From the NCBI RefSeq assembly GCF_963921235.1, contig NC_086097.1, positions 97,714,001 through 97,778,000 of the forward strand: a DNA stretch of 64,000 bases, read 5' to 3'. Below, piece by piece: positions 52,801 through 62,293 of this stretch. Within the stretch, counting starts at the first letter, position 1, and each line of letters begins with the position of its first letter. The DNA comes from Mobula hypostoma (Eukaryota). Under the pieces are notes generated by a model that was given only the letters and a program-made list of their open reading frames with translations, did no database searches and was not told where the DNA came from. A program made the translations under genes and the position numbers.

Positions 52801-53745
52801 ATTTGCACTGGAGCATTTAATTGACATTTTACTGTGGGATTGAGTTTCACAATATAAGCCTCTTTGACAAATATTGAAGGCCTTAATTCTGCATTTTGCT
52901 GCTTTAAGAGAGTGTTGCAATTATATTTGATTAGTGATTAAAATATTGTGATTGCTAAATATTTATGAGTTGTCTCACTGCTTAATGAATATGCTCAAAA
53001 ATGGTCTAGGACTCTTATTAATAGTATATTGATATCAAGCTTACTCTGTCCTGCTGGGTAAATTGCTGGCAGGAGGACTATCTTTTCTGAGCATATGGAA
53101 TTTCTTGAACTGTTGTATACATATTTATCTTAATTTTATTCCAATTTATAGATACTACATTCAGAGAAGGGGATTTTGGTCTACTTGAAAGACATGCTGG
53201 AATCTAAGACTTTACAATGTGTAAAGTATCTGAATAAATGTGTATAGGTGTTTGGGCTAAATTTGACATTGCCCATCAGAACATTGGGAGAGTGATGGGT
53301 TCTAATTTTCTATTATTGTACAGTAATCTCTTGTGGGAGACATGGTTAATTCATACTACTGCCTTATGTTTATTAATAACTGAAGAATCACTGTTGGCAC
53401 AGATTCAATTAGTCACCATAGTACCTGGTGTTGGAACACGACAATCATGGTCAGAAAATAATAAGTTAGGGGGAAAAACAGCAACATAATAATAGCAGGC
53501 AATCTCGATCATATGGTAATCAATTAAATACTTCACTTTGTCTTTCAGTTTATATCCTACCCCAATTTAAATACAAATTAAGTTGTTTTTTCCAATTTGT
53601 GTTATTTTTAAATGCTTTTCTGCTCTTCAGATTGGTTACTTAACGTTGTTTCTCTTCCTCTAGTGCCTTTGCCCGTTATCCCAATGGTGTTGTGGTCCAT
53701 TACTTCTGCTGCAAAGACCGAAATGTTTGCCCCACAGAGACGTGA
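4706..53745 (+). CDS. VPS39: VPS39/Vam6-like HOPS complex subunit, 3' part of multi-exon gene (15 coding exons; 5' exons upstream of window)
   Basis: Manually spliced exons translate without stops ([10 protein letters not shown]...LIDYLTQ...[23 protein letters not shown]...YCHKHYD...[37 protein letters not shown]) and match vertebrate VPS39 as I recall it. Exon phases are consistent and the sum is 1671 nt. Confidence 0.97.
5021..5178. repeat. Tandem duplication, 77-bp unit x2
   Basis: tgtgtaatggaaacagagatagtaag...ggtttgaa repeated at 5021 and 5098 with 3 mismatches. Confidence 0.9.
5436..5578 (+). CDS. VPS39: VPS39 exon ([14 protein letters not shown]...[11 protein letters not shown])
   Basis: atcAG / GTaaac, 143 nt, phase-compatible. 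Confidence 0.95.
6063..6203 (+). CDS. VPS39: VPS39 exon ([11 protein letters not shown]...[12 protein letters not shown])
   Basis: cctAG / GTgagt, 141 nt. Confidence 0.95.
7505..7646 (+). CDS. VPS39: VPS39 exon ([17 protein letters not shown]...KKGLHEK)
   Basis: ttcAG / GTaaaa, 142 nt; inside ORF 7442..7705. Confidence 0.96.
9190..9636. mobile_element. Composite: PLE end (-) / Rex1-Babar RT fragment (+) / PLE end (+)
   Basis: PLE arms at 9190-9372 and 9541-9636; middle encodes [17 protein letters not shown]. Confidence 0.7.
9670..10740 (-). mobile_element. CR1 LINE 3' fragment
   Basis: [17 protein letters not shown] remnant; CR1 3' UTR near 9675. Confidence 0.75.
10915..11001 (+). CDS. VPS39: VPS39 exon ([29 protein letters not shown])
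   Basis: tgcAG / GTtagt, 87 nt. Confidence 0.95.
11426..11499 (+). CDS. VPS39: VPS39 exon ([25 protein letters not shown])
   Basis: tttAG / GTtggt, 74 nt. Confidence 0.94.
11815..11913 (+). CDS. VPS39: VPS39 exon ([33 protein letters not shown])
   Basis: tttAG / GTaaga, 99 nt. Confidence 0.95.
12170..12400 (-). mobile_element. Old SINE remnant (Deu-domain/SacSINE-like)
   Basis: Motif similarity from memory (taaatattggtccag...gctcttct...catccacctg); a related + strand copy lies at ~25340-25710. Confidence 0.4.
12530..12935 (+). mobile_element. CR1 5'/ORF1 fragment
   Basis: Resembles the ORF1 region at 61222-61550 ([24 protein letters not shown]). Confidence 0.65.
13491..13608 (+). CDS. VPS39: VPS39 exon ([26 protein letters not shown]...SLPE)
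   Basis: pyrimidine tract plus uncommon gAG acceptor / GTaaga, 118 nt. Confidence 0.93.
14002..14039 (-). ncRNA. Hammerhead motif (GUU site) in the inverted arm of the first PLE
   Basis: TAGTC CTGACGA AGGGTCTCAGCCT GAAAC GTT GACTG on the - strand. Confidence 0.75.
15760..19557 (-). pseudogene. L1 ORF2 (APE endonuclease, RT, C-terminal CCHC) with three in-frame stops and no frameshift
   Basis: ORFs 18949-19557, 16735-18921, 16411-16680 and 15760-16398 share one frame; motifs [50 protein letters not shown]...HSTWSC. Confidence 0.93.
20016..20580 (-). pseudogene. L1 ORF1 remnant (RRM + CTD), N-terminal coiled coil missing, frameshifted
   Basis: [12 protein letters not shown]...[10 protein letters not shown]...[18 protein letters not shown]...FYPDIS...LRYPATLKI. 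Confidence 0.85.
22159..22893 (+). mobile_element. PIF/Harbinger internally deleted DNA transposon
   Basis: TIR AGGCTGATTTATACTTGTGCGT (2 mismatches), TTA TSD at 22156-58 and 22894-96, transposase remnant [22 protein letters not shown]...LASG...[10 protein letters not shown]. Confidence 0.88.
22952..23362 (+). mobile_element. Short non-autonomous retroelement, probably RTE-related, (GAT)n tail
   Basis: GC-rich body ending ...gtcatacgacatggcacttaatgatgacgatgatgatga. Confidence 0.5.
23570..24150 (-). mobile_element. Rex1/Babar LINE 3' fragment
   Basis: VESFK.., [22 protein letters not shown] motifs. Confidence 0.7.
24237..24784 (+). mobile_element. Non-autonomous DNA transposon with 13-bp TIRs and 6-bp TSD
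   Basis: CAGACATCCCACC...GGTGGGATGTCTG; TTAATA on both flanks; internal copy of the left end at 24701. Confidence 0.8.
25803..25931 (+). CDS. VPS39: VPS39 exon ([22 protein letters not shown]...SDFPFD)
   Basis: tgcAG / GTgagt, 129 nt. Confidence 0.95.
27079..27240 (+). mobile_element. hAT/Charlie-like terminal fragment
   Basis: CAGGGGTTCTTAACCT terminus plus ggcagtctggtgaa...tggaccccttctcagaataatg. Confidence 0.6.
27288..27390 (+). CDS. VPS39: VPS39 exon ([34 protein letters not shown])
   Basis: tttAG / GTaagt, 103 nt. Confidence 0.95.
27690..28506 (-). mobile_element. Rex1/Babar LINE 3' fragment
   Basis: [15 protein letters not shown]...[21 protein letters not shown] (ORF 28204..28443). 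Confidence 0.85.
28962..30026 (-). mobile_element. Older PLE derivative with inverted arms and degenerate TSD
   Basis: Tail on the left; opposite arm with GIY-YIG remnant at ~29300-30026; flanks ctgtttcagtggcat / ctatttcactagcat. Confidence 0.75.
30205..30652 (+). mobile_element. CR1 3' end
   Basis: [16 protein letters not shown]; gggctgaagggcctgtttctgtgct tail. Confidence 0.75.
31180..31225 (+). CDS. VPS39: VPS39 short exon ([16 protein letters not shown])
   Basis: ttcAG / GTgagt, 46 nt, restores phase between the flanking exons. Confidence 0.93.
31420..32060 (+). mobile_element. Decayed CR1 RT fragment (probably continues at ~34060-34680)
   Basis: [10 protein letters not shown], qy[21 protein letters not shown]. 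Confidence 0.65.
32720..33625 (-). mobile_element. CR1 ORF1 fragment (Zn-finger/leucine zipper + esterase)
   Basis: CSGCQMW...[17 protein letters not shown]...[12 protein letters not shown] (ORF 33388..33621). Confidence 0.85.
34804..34953 (+). CDS. VPS39: VPS39 exon ([13 protein letters not shown]...HHNKLDTTK)
   Basis: tttAG / GTactg, 150 nt. Confidence 0.95.
35513..36733 (-). mobile_element. Older PLE derivative with inverted arms and 13-bp TSD
   Basis: TSD tttatcagattaa (35500-35512) / tttatcagtttaa (36734-36746); purine-rich left arm mirrors pyrimidine-rich right arm. Confidence 0.78.
37352..37486 (+). CDS. VPS39: VPS39 exon ([14 protein letters not shown]...LLHAEFLR)
   Basis: catAG / GTaagt, 135 nt. 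Confidence 0.95.
38517..38608 (+). CDS. VPS39: VPS39 exon ([30 protein letters not shown])
   Basis: gatAG / GTttga, 92 nt. Confidence 0.95.
39319..39356 (-). ncRNA. Mirror hammerhead motif in the inverted arm
   Basis: Exact reverse complement of 42078-42115. Confidence 0.78.
39897..41784 (+). CDS. PLE RT + GIY-YIG endonuclease ORF (5'-truncated; single frameshift in C-run at ~41277-41282)
   Basis: [52 protein letters not shown]; Cys-rich linker, then [18 protein letters not shown]...G.N. Confidence 0.9.
42078..42115 (+). ncRNA. Minimal type I hammerhead ribozyme motif in the PLE 3' repeat
   Basis: UAGUC-CUGACGA-AGGGUCUCGGCCU-GAAAC-GUC^-GACUG; stem I UAGUC/GACUG; palindromic ACGU replaces stem III. 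Confidence 0.8.
42340..42850 (-). mobile_element. CR1 3' fragment
   Basis: [16 protein letters not shown]...[10 protein letters not shown]. Confidence 0.7.
43628..43891. repeat. Long inverted repeat (98-bp arms, 68-bp spacer)
   Basis: 43628-43725 versus 43794-43891, 3 mismatches. Confidence 0.92.
44425..44646 (+). mobile_element. Short RTE-like insertion with (TAAG)n tail inside CR1
   Basis: Ends [10 protein letters not shown]...gcagtaagtaag; flanked by degenerate duplication ggactacagca / ggactttagca. Confidence 0.55.
45179..46457 (-). mobile_element. Rex1/Babar LINE RT/3' portion nested in CR1
   Basis: [53 protein letters not shown]; (TCAAT)n tail. Confidence 0.9.
47305..47930 (-). mobile_element. 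Rex1/Babar-type 3' fragment
   Basis: LPSIEHIY...[25 protein letters not shown]. Confidence 0.8.
50625..50862 (-). mobile_element. tRNA-derived V-SINE (HE1-like); another copy at ~49240-49560
   Basis: - strand GGCGGCATGGTAGTGTAGTGG...GGGTTCAATTC A/B boxes plus gcgtgggtttcctccgggtgctccagtttcc core. Confidence 0.7.
53664..53745 (+). CDS. VPS39: VPS39 terminal coding exon ([27 protein letters not shown])
   Basis: tctAG acceptor after a pyrimidine tract; TGA at 53743-53745. Confidence 0.95.
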
Positions 53746-54524
53746 ATGTGCAAACTCATTTGAAATGCAGGAATCTATTTGCTGTCTAGATAGACAGTTG
53801 GAAAACATGGCGGCTTGAGAAGGTGCCTGACTTTCACTGAAGGAGGAGCAACTGTTGGACAAATGGCACGCACTGTGTGAGATACACTGTTGGCGTTAAT
53901 AATTACATTAATAATTGTGTAAATAGACAATTACTGGCATGTTGGCTTTCTGCTTACATTGGGGTATTAGTGTAAAACTGGAAGCTGTTTCCTGTGTAAA
54001 GTTGTATAGTAAACTTGTGCCACTTTATGAAAGACAGTTGCACTACATGATGGTAAACCCCAGGGTATGAAAGCACTGTGCTCTGAAGTACTTTGTTAAA
54101 AGGGCTGTTAACTTTTAGCCTGACCAGGGATTAAATCTCTTCAAAGCAAGGTGACATTTTGAGTATTGTTCTCATTTACGTCATATCTTGTTTCAAGCCC
54201 TCTGCTCATAGCACTTCTGGTTTGTAACACCCTGATTTTTATTTCCACGTGATATTTCCTTTGAGTGTGTGCCTTCATCTAACAAGAATAACTATGAAGC
54301 TCCCAAAAGTGTTGCATTGTACAGAATAATCTACTTACCTGTACTGTGCTCCATTTGGAGTTTGTCCTGATGCTATAAAATACATTTAATGATCTTTCTA
54401 TTTAAGATCTTGAAACTGTAAATGTTAAATTTGGGTAAATATACTTGGAACCCAAAATTTTGAAATGCTGAACATTTCTTGTATGTCTTACCATTTTGTA
54501 TTTTTTCACTTTAACATCCAACTT

Positions 54525-54530
54525 AATAAA
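54525..54530 (+). promoter_or_regulatory. Candidate VPS39 polyadenylation signal AATAAA (3'UTR ~0.8 kb)
   Basis: First AATAAA I found downstream of the stop, after TE-free AT-rich sequence; no transcript support. Confidence 0.4.
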
Positions 54531-54663
54531 ACAACAGTACAGAATCATTTCCCACCTGTTCTCCAGTTTGGGTGGAACTCGTGATGCTGCAGTTGATATG
54601 GTTCCCGCTCTCCTCTCCTTACATTTCCACTTTAGAACAGAATTCTTGCAGTATTCTACCATA

Positions 54664-55067
54664 CAGTACTGTGCAAAATTCTTAGGCACCTTAGATTTTT
54701 TATATTGTTTCAGATGGTATGGTCTCTGCAGAGCCCTGATCTCAACATCATTGAGGCTGTCTGGGATTACCTGGAGAGACAGAAGCAAGCGAGACAGTCT
54801 GCAGAACTCTGGCAGTTCTCCAAGATGCTTGGAACAAACTACCAGCTGATTTTCTTATAAAACTGCATAACAGAATACCTAAGAGAATTGATGCAGTTTT
54901 AAAGGCAAAGGATGGTGACACGAAATATTGATTGGATTTAGTTTTTTTTTACTGTTCACTGCTCTTTATAGTATTTTTCTGATATTTAGAAACTTTCAAT
55001 TTCATTATTTTTGAAAGCCACTTTACAGAAATGTTTTACATGTGCCTAAGACTCTTGCACAGTACTG
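54664..55067 (+). mobile_element. Tc1/mariner internally deleted element
   Basis: TIR CAGTACTGTGCAA.A.TCTTAGGCAC, TA TSDs, transposase remnant WSLQSPDLNIIEAVWDYLE. Confidence 0.9.
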
Positions 55068-56308
55068 TACATCCAGGATGAAAAGAACTCATGTAAACCA
55101 GCTTCACTTATTAGTTACCCAACCATAGTTATTTCATAAACACTGTCTGCTGACAAGTGGTTGAGATTTCACAGTATCACTGCAATTGTGTTCTTGTTAC
55201 AAAAAGAGGAAGGAAATAATTGTTCCTTTGGCTTTCGTAGTAATCATAAAGTTGTATTTTAACTAGTTCTTCCAATTAATTTGGCTGATTTTGTTTGTGT
55301 AATTGCAATGGACTATGAAATTGTACTTATTCCAAGCAAGGAACAAACACCAGTTGAATTTAAGTTCATTGAAAGTGGCTAGGTTTGGCAGTGAATGTAT
55401 TTTTTTAATATTTCCAAGGGTGATATTTAAAACTATTTTGTCCACCCTGCTACCTTCACCCCTGCCACTGTTGTAGCTGCCATTCCAAGGAGGGGAATCT
55501 ACTGAAGGCATAGATGTAAAGAGTTGGCGTGCAACAAGCTGATGCACGTGCTTTATTCACTTTTCAATCGCATAACTAGCATGCTATGGAAACAATTACT
55601 GAAGATTGAAAAATGGAGTTGAATTTGATGATATTGCAAGGATAAGTTTACCAAAACCGATGAGAGGAAACATCTCAGCTCGTCAGTCTTCCAACATTTA
55701 GCTCTACATTGAATGCTATGATTTGGAATTAAGTCGTGATAATCTTACAAAGATTTTATTTTTCAACCAGTGTATTTTTATATTTACCCCCAGTTAAATT
55801 TGGACCAATTCCAAGACTTGGCTTAGTTGTGTGCAAGAAAAAAAGAAAACAAGCAAGTTGAGAGACTTCAATACTTCATTCTACTCATTTCCAGTTACTG
55901 GTGAGCTGGTTTTGACAAAGTTGACCAGAAGTCTGAGTAACTGTGTGCACACAACTTGAAGTGAAAAAAGAATAGGAAGAACCTAAGTATTTTCTTGGCC
56001 TCAAAGTTAGGTAATAATCTATGAGAAAAATTAAAAGGAAAGAAAAAGTTATTTGGAGCAATAAATGATGCTAGCATGCCAATGATAAACACACAAGAGA
56101 AAAGGTGCGGTTAAGCTCCACACAACTTCTAGTTTGAAAATAAGTTGGAAACTGTGACAGGACTATGTTTTGCGTTATAATCTGAGATTGAATCCCCCAT
56201 ATTTCATACTGAATGACTTCTACTTTGTTCTGTATCGTACATTTAAGGATACCCAAAGGAATAGCTCTGTATGAGAAAACTTATTTAACCATCCAGTTGG
56301 GAGGCTGA

Positions 56309-56500
56309 GCAACACACACAAAATTCTGGGGGAACTCAGCAGGCCAGACACCGTCATTGGAAAAGGGTACAGTCGATGTTTTGGGCCGAGACATCGACTG
56401 TACTCTTTTCCATAGATGCTACTTGGCCTGCTGAGCTCCTCCGGCATTTTGTGTGTGTTGCTTGGATTTCCAGCATCTGCAGATATTTTCTTGTTTCATA
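56309..56500 (+). mobile_element. Minimal palindromic PLE derivative (~190 bp) with ~11-bp TSD
   Basis: Fold-back 56309-56461 centred on GGCC; unpaired tail; flanks TGGGAGGCTGA / TGGGAGGCGGA. Confidence 0.82.
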
Positions 56501-56956
56501 TGGGAGGCGGAATAACCATGTTAGATTCAATTCAAATTGTGGTTGGCTTAGATTCCTGCAGCATGTTTGGGAAATGAGTTGACAACATTGTTCCACAGAT
56601 GTTTGGAACATACGGACCTTAATTATTTTCTGAAGCCGAGTACTGTACATATCAGACAATGCAAGGTGGAGTTTGTGGATGAAGTATTTGCCTCTGTTTT
56701 TAAGATTGTGTGTTACTGAGATTATTTGCAGTTCTGAATTCATTTGTTTGATTCAATTGAAATTGACAAGTTACAAAAGATGAAAAACTGCAATAAAAAC
56801 AGAAAATGCTGGAAATGGGCAGCATCTGAGGAGAATTTCAAGTTGAAAATATTTCATCAGAATTAAGCATGGTAAAAAATCAAGGGGTGAAGAGAGTAAA
56901 GGGAATATCTACGTTATGGTGGAGATCATGAGAGACTGACACAAAACACTATTTTT

Positions 56957-59335
56957 GAAACAGGGAGCAAACTCAGAAACCAGAGGTTAAAGGGAACTTG
57001 GGAGTCCTTGTGCAGGACTTCCTGAAGGTTAACTTGCAGGCTAGTGGTAAGGAAGGGAAATGCAATGTTAGCATTCATTTCGAGAGGACTAGACTGTAAG
57101 AGCAAGGATGTGATCCTGAGGCTTTATAAGGCAATGGTCAGACTGCACCTGGAGTATTGTAGCAGTTTTGGGCCCTATATTTGAGAAAGGGTGTGCTGGC
57201 ATGGGAGAGGTTCCAGAGGTGGTTCACAAGATGGTCTCAGAAATGAAAGGGTTAATATATGAGGATCATTTGATTGCCATTACTGAAACTTGGTTGAGAG
57301 AGGGGAAGGAATAGGTGATTAATGTACCAGGTTTCAAAGTTTTAGAAAAGATAGAGGAGGAGGTAAAAAGGGTGGTGGGGGGAGTTACACAACTAATCAG
57401 GGACAATATTATAGCTGCAATTAGAGGAGACATAATGGACGGTTTAGACACTGTTGGGTAGAACTCAGGAATAGGAAGGGTGCACTCACTCTGATAAGAT
57501 TGTACTACAGACCCCTAGTAGCCACTGGGGACATTGAAGAACAGATATGTAATCAGATTAAGGAAATGTGTAAAAATAATAGGGTTGTTGTCATGGGGGA
57601 TTTCAATTTGCTTAATGTAAACTGGGAACTTCTTAGTGCTAAGAGTTTAGATGGGGCAGAAGTTAACTGTATCCAGGAGAATTTCATAAATCAATATGTG
57701 GATGGTCCAATGACATGGTCCAATGGTACTGAGCCTGGCCAGGTGACTGACCTTTCAGTGGGTGAACAGTGACCACAACTCCTTAACATTCAGGATAACT
57801 GTAGATAAGGATAGGCATGGTCTTTGCAGAAGAGTTTTAAATTGGAGTAGGGCAAATTACATGGACATTAGGCAGGAACTAAGAAGAGTTAATTGGAGCC
57901 ACCTTTTTTCTGGCAAATCCACATCAGACATGTGGAGGGTGTTTAAAGATCAACTACACAGAGTACAGAAAAGGTTAGAATGGAAAGATAAGAGAACCGT
58001 AGATGTCCAGGGAGGTGGTGAATTTAGTTGAGGAAAAAAATGTATAAAGCTTCGGAAGTCAGGATCAAACAAAGCACACGAGTGTAAAGAAACCAAAAAA
58101 GAAATTAGTAAAGCCAGGAGGGGCCATGAAAAGTCCTTCGCAAGTAGGATTAAGGTGAATCCCAAGGCATCCTCTCCATCAAGATCAAAAAGATAACTAG
58201 GGAGAGGGTAGGAATGCTCGGGGTTAAAGGGGGGAGCGTTTTCCTTGAATGTGGAGAATGTGAGTGAGATACTTAAATGAGTAATCTGCTTAAGTATTTA
58301 CTAAGGAAAAGGATATGGAGTAGCAGGAGATCCTTGCTGAGTTTATAAATATGTTTGGGTGTTTAGAGGTCAAAACTCAGGTGAAGCCGCATCTGGAGTA
58401 TTGCATCCAGTTCTGGTCACCCCAGTACAGGAAGGAAGTTGAAGCTTTGGAGAGAGCGCAGAAGAGGTTTACCAGGATGCTGCCTGCTTTAGAGGGCATG
58501 TGCTGTCATGGGAGGCTTGGATAAACTTGGGTTGTTTTCTCTGGAGTCGTGGAGACTAAAGAGAGATCTGATCTCCCCTCAGCATCCCAAGATTATGAGA
58601 GGTATAGATAGAGTAGACAGGGAGTATCTGTTACCCGGAGTTAAGGTATCTAATACGAGAGGGCATACAGGTGGTGAGAGGGGGTAGTTTCAAAGAGGAT
58701 GTGAGGGGTAAGATTTTTACTCAGAGAATAACGATGCCTGGAATGCCCTGCCTGCTGTGGTGGTAGAGACTAATACATTAGAGGCTCTTAAGAGACGTTT
58801 AGATAGGCACGTGAATGTGAGGAAGATGGAGGGATATGGATATTGTGCAGGTAGGAGGTATTCGTGTTTGGGTGTTTTTTATTTGTTTTTTAGCTGGTTC
58901 AGCGCAACATTGTGGGCTGAAGGGCCTTTTCCTGTGCTGTGCTGTTCTATATTCTGGGCCTGTTTTCACTGGAGTTTTGAAGAATGAGGGGTGATCTCAT
59001 TGAAACCTATGAATCACCAAGATAGAGTGAATATGTCCTATAGTGGGGGTGTTTCCTGTAGGGCACAAACTCAGAATAGAGGGATGTCCGTTTAGAACAG
59101 GGATGAGGAGGAAATCCTTCAGCCATAGGGTGGTGAATCTGTGGAATTCATTGCTGCAGTTAACTGGAAGACAAATCACTGGGTATATTTAAAGCAGAAG
59201 TTGATAGGTTCTTGGCTAGTAAGTGTGTCAATGTTTACAGGGAAAAGACGGAAGAATGGGGTTGAGAAGGAAAATAAATCATCCAAATGGAATGGCAGAA
59301 CAGACTAATTCTGATCCGATGTTTTATGGCCTAAG
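56957..59335 (+). mobile_element. Nested CR1 elements (a 3' fragment split by an internally deleted CR1 at ~57266-58953)
   Basis: Outer copy ...tatgaggatcatttgat | ctgggcctg...; inner copy has EN (ITETW, MGDFN) and 3' tail gctgttctat. Confidence 0.75.
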
Positions 59336-59394
59336 TGGTATTGGTGGTTGAGGCTTATTAATCAGCTGATCTGTCCAAAGGAGAAGTAGACAAA

Positions 59395-59543
59395 AGAAGT
59401 GAATTGGGACAAAGGTAATTTACAGAACATTGCATTTGTGGACAGGAGAAGTGAATCGGGACAAAGGTAATTTACAGAACATTGCACTTGTGGACAGGAG
59501 AAGTGAATCGGGACAAAGGTAATTTACAGAACATTGCATTTGT
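59395..59543. repeat. Minisatellite, 52-bp unit x ~2.9
   Basis: agaagtgaatygggacaaaggtaatttacagaacattgcayttgtggacagg at 59395, 59447, 59499. Confidence 0.92.
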
Positions 59544-60251
59544 TTGAAGTCCAAAGTAAAAGTGAATACTCATAATGCCGAGCATATCAGATACATCTAT
59601 GGAGAAAGAAAATCGGAGTTAACATTATAGATTGATGACTTTTCATCTGAACTGATGGCATCGCACCTGGTTAGAAGATGCAGTGTTGTTCTTTCAGCCT
59701 ATGTTAGATTTCATTGGAACAGCGCAAAAGGATAAAGGCAGATGTCAGAACGAACATGGGATGGAGAGTTAAAGTGATAGGCACCAGAACCTCATCCTTG
59801 TGGACTGAGCAAAGTGCTCACCCATTCTGCATTTTATCCAGGCCGGTAAAGGCCACCAAGTGCAGTGCACTAAATTGGAAGAAGTACCAGTCGATTGCTG
59901 CTTTACATAGAGAAAGTGTTTGGATCTCTGCATGTTTAAAGGAATGTTTGTTATCGAAGTATGTATGCAGTATACAAGTCTGAGATTTGTCTTTTCCAGA
60001 GAGCCGCGAAACAAGGAAAACATCAAACTCCCCCTCACCCCCACTCGAAAAATAAACAAATCTCACAAACCCCCAACCCCCTCCCTCACACAAAGAAACC
60101 AACAGATCACTCCACATGTTGGACAGAATTTAGATAAAAGGACGGGTGTTGCATAGGAAGATGCCATGAAGTGTGTGTGCAGTGGAGATGGAGGTGTTAA
60201 GCAGGGAGTTCTGAAGGGAATGGTCCTTTTGAAATGCTGGGAGTCGGGGAG

Positions 60252-60742
60252 ATAGAAACATAGAAAACCTACAGCACAATACAAGCCCTTCGGCCTGCAA
60301 AGCTGTGCCAAATATGTCCTTGCATTAGAAATTACCTTGGGTTACCCATAGCCCTCTGTTTTTTGAGCTCCATGTACCTATCCAGGAGTCTCTTTAAGAC
60401 CCTATCATATCCGTCTCCAGCACTGTCGCCGGCAGCCCATTCCATGCATTCACCACTCACTGCATAAAAAAAATTTAACCCTGACATCTCTGTACCTACT
60501 TCAAAGCACCTTAAAACTGTGCCCTCTCTCTAACATTTCAGCCCTGGGAAAAAGCCTCTGACTATCCACACGATCAATGCCTCTCATCATCTTGTACACC
60601 TCTATCAGGTCACCTCTCATACTCCGTCACTCCAAGGAGAAAAGGCTGAATTCACTCAACCTACTCTCATAAGGCATGCTCCCCAATCCAGGCAACATCC
60701 TTGTAAATCTCCTCTGCACCCTTTCTATGGTTTCCACATCCA
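60252..60742 (-). mobile_element. CR1 3' end
   Basis: atagaaacatagaaa tail; reverse complement of the CR1 C-terminus. Confidence 0.8.
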
Positions 60743-61221
60743 ATCTGTTTGGTTGCAGCACCATGTTGAAGTGATAGGCAACTGAAATCTCATTGAAATT
60801 AGAGCATGATTCGTAAAAATGTAAAGGTTGATGAGATGGAAGGTGAGAAACTTTGCCTAGAGTTGGAGGAGACAGTGGAAAGCGGCCAGTGAGTGAGTGG
60901 GCCAGTGAAGGAGTGGAGCTTTGAGGCTTTGACTCGAGAGGTTTTGGCAGTTGATCTGTGCAATCAAGTAATCAAGATTTGAGTAGATCAGCAGAAAGCT
61001 GTTGATTAGACGATCAAGATTTGAATAGCTCAGACTCAGCAGAAAGCAGCTGATTGGGCAGTCGAGGTCAGGTGACCAAACATTTTGAAAAGCTCAAACA
61101 GATAAATAGAGGGGTAGCTCAAGCGAAGCGGCCAGTGAGTGAGTGGGCCAGTGAAGGAGGGGAGCTTTGAGGCTTTGACTCGAGAGGCGGAGGACAAGCT
61201 AGCTCGCAGTTAGTTTTTACA

Positions 61222-62162
61222 ATGTCTCCTGAGACGGTGATGTGCCTCTCGTGTGAGATGTGGCAGTCTTGGGGGAACTCCCCTCTCCCACAGAGTCACA
61301 TCTGCCAGAAGTGCATACGGCTGGGCGATCTGGAAGACCGTGTAAGGAATCTGGAGCAGCAGCTGGATGACCTTTAACTCATAAGGGAGAATGAGGCAGT
61401 CATAGATGAGAGCTACAGGGAGGTGGTCACACCTAGGCTGTTGGAAGCAGGTCGTTGGGTGACAGTCAGAGGGGGAAAAGTGAAGGTGAGCAGACAGGTA
61501 GTGCAGAGCATCCCTGTAGCCATTCCCCTGAATAATAAGTTTACCGTCCTGGATATTGTTGGCGGGGCGACCGACCAGGTGTGAGCCACGGTGGCAGGGC
61601 CTCTGGTACTGAGTCTGACCCTGTGGTGCAGAAGGGTGGGATGGAGAAGAGGAGAGCTGTCATCATTGGAGACTCTGTAGTCAGGGGAGCAGACAGGAGA
61701 TTTTGTGGATGTGAGAAGGACACATGCATGGTTTATTGCCTCCCGGATGCCAGGGTCCGGGATGTCTCTAACCGGGTACACGACATCCTGGTACAAGAGG
61801 GAAATCAACCAGAAGTTGTGATACATGTTGGGACCAACGACATAGGCAGGAAGAGGGATGAGGTCCTGAAGTGTGAGTTTCGGGAACTAGGCAGAAGGCT
61901 GAAGAACAGGACCTCAAGGGTGGCGTTCTCAGGATTGCTGCCAGTGCTACGTGACAGTGATGGTAAGAATTGGAGGAGATGGCAGTTGAATGCGTGGCTG
62001 AGGAGTTGGTGCAGGGAGCAGGGTTTTAGGTTTTTAGATCATTGGGATCTCTTTTGGGGAAGGTGGGACCTGTACAGATTGGATGGGTTGCACCTGAACT
62101 CGAGGGGGAGCAATATCCTTGCAGGTAGGTTTGCTAGCATGGTTCAGGAGGGTTTAAACTAA
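61222..62162 (+). pseudogene. CR1 ORF1 (CxxC..CxxC zinc finger/leucine zipper + SGNH esterase), one stop and one frameshift
   Basis: MCLSCEMW...ICQKC..LEDRVRNLEQQL; IGDSVVRG, HVGTND, DGLHLN. Confidence 0.88.
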
Positions 62163-62293
62163 TTTGCGAGGGGGATGGGACCCAGAGCGATAGAGCAGTG
62201 AAAGAAGTGCATGGAGTAAAGCCAGATCTAACATATAGAGAGGCTTTGAGGAAAGAGAAGCAGAATAAACGGTGTAAAGACAGTAAGGTAGAA

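Noticed and set aside
59395..59543. Regularly spaced repeats as a CRISPR array
   Set aside because: Contiguous tandem units without unique spacers, in a eukaryotic context; this is a minisatellite.
55068..60879. Second host gene downstream of VPS39
   Set aside because: Only TE fragments and AT-rich sequence; no exon-like ORF recognised.
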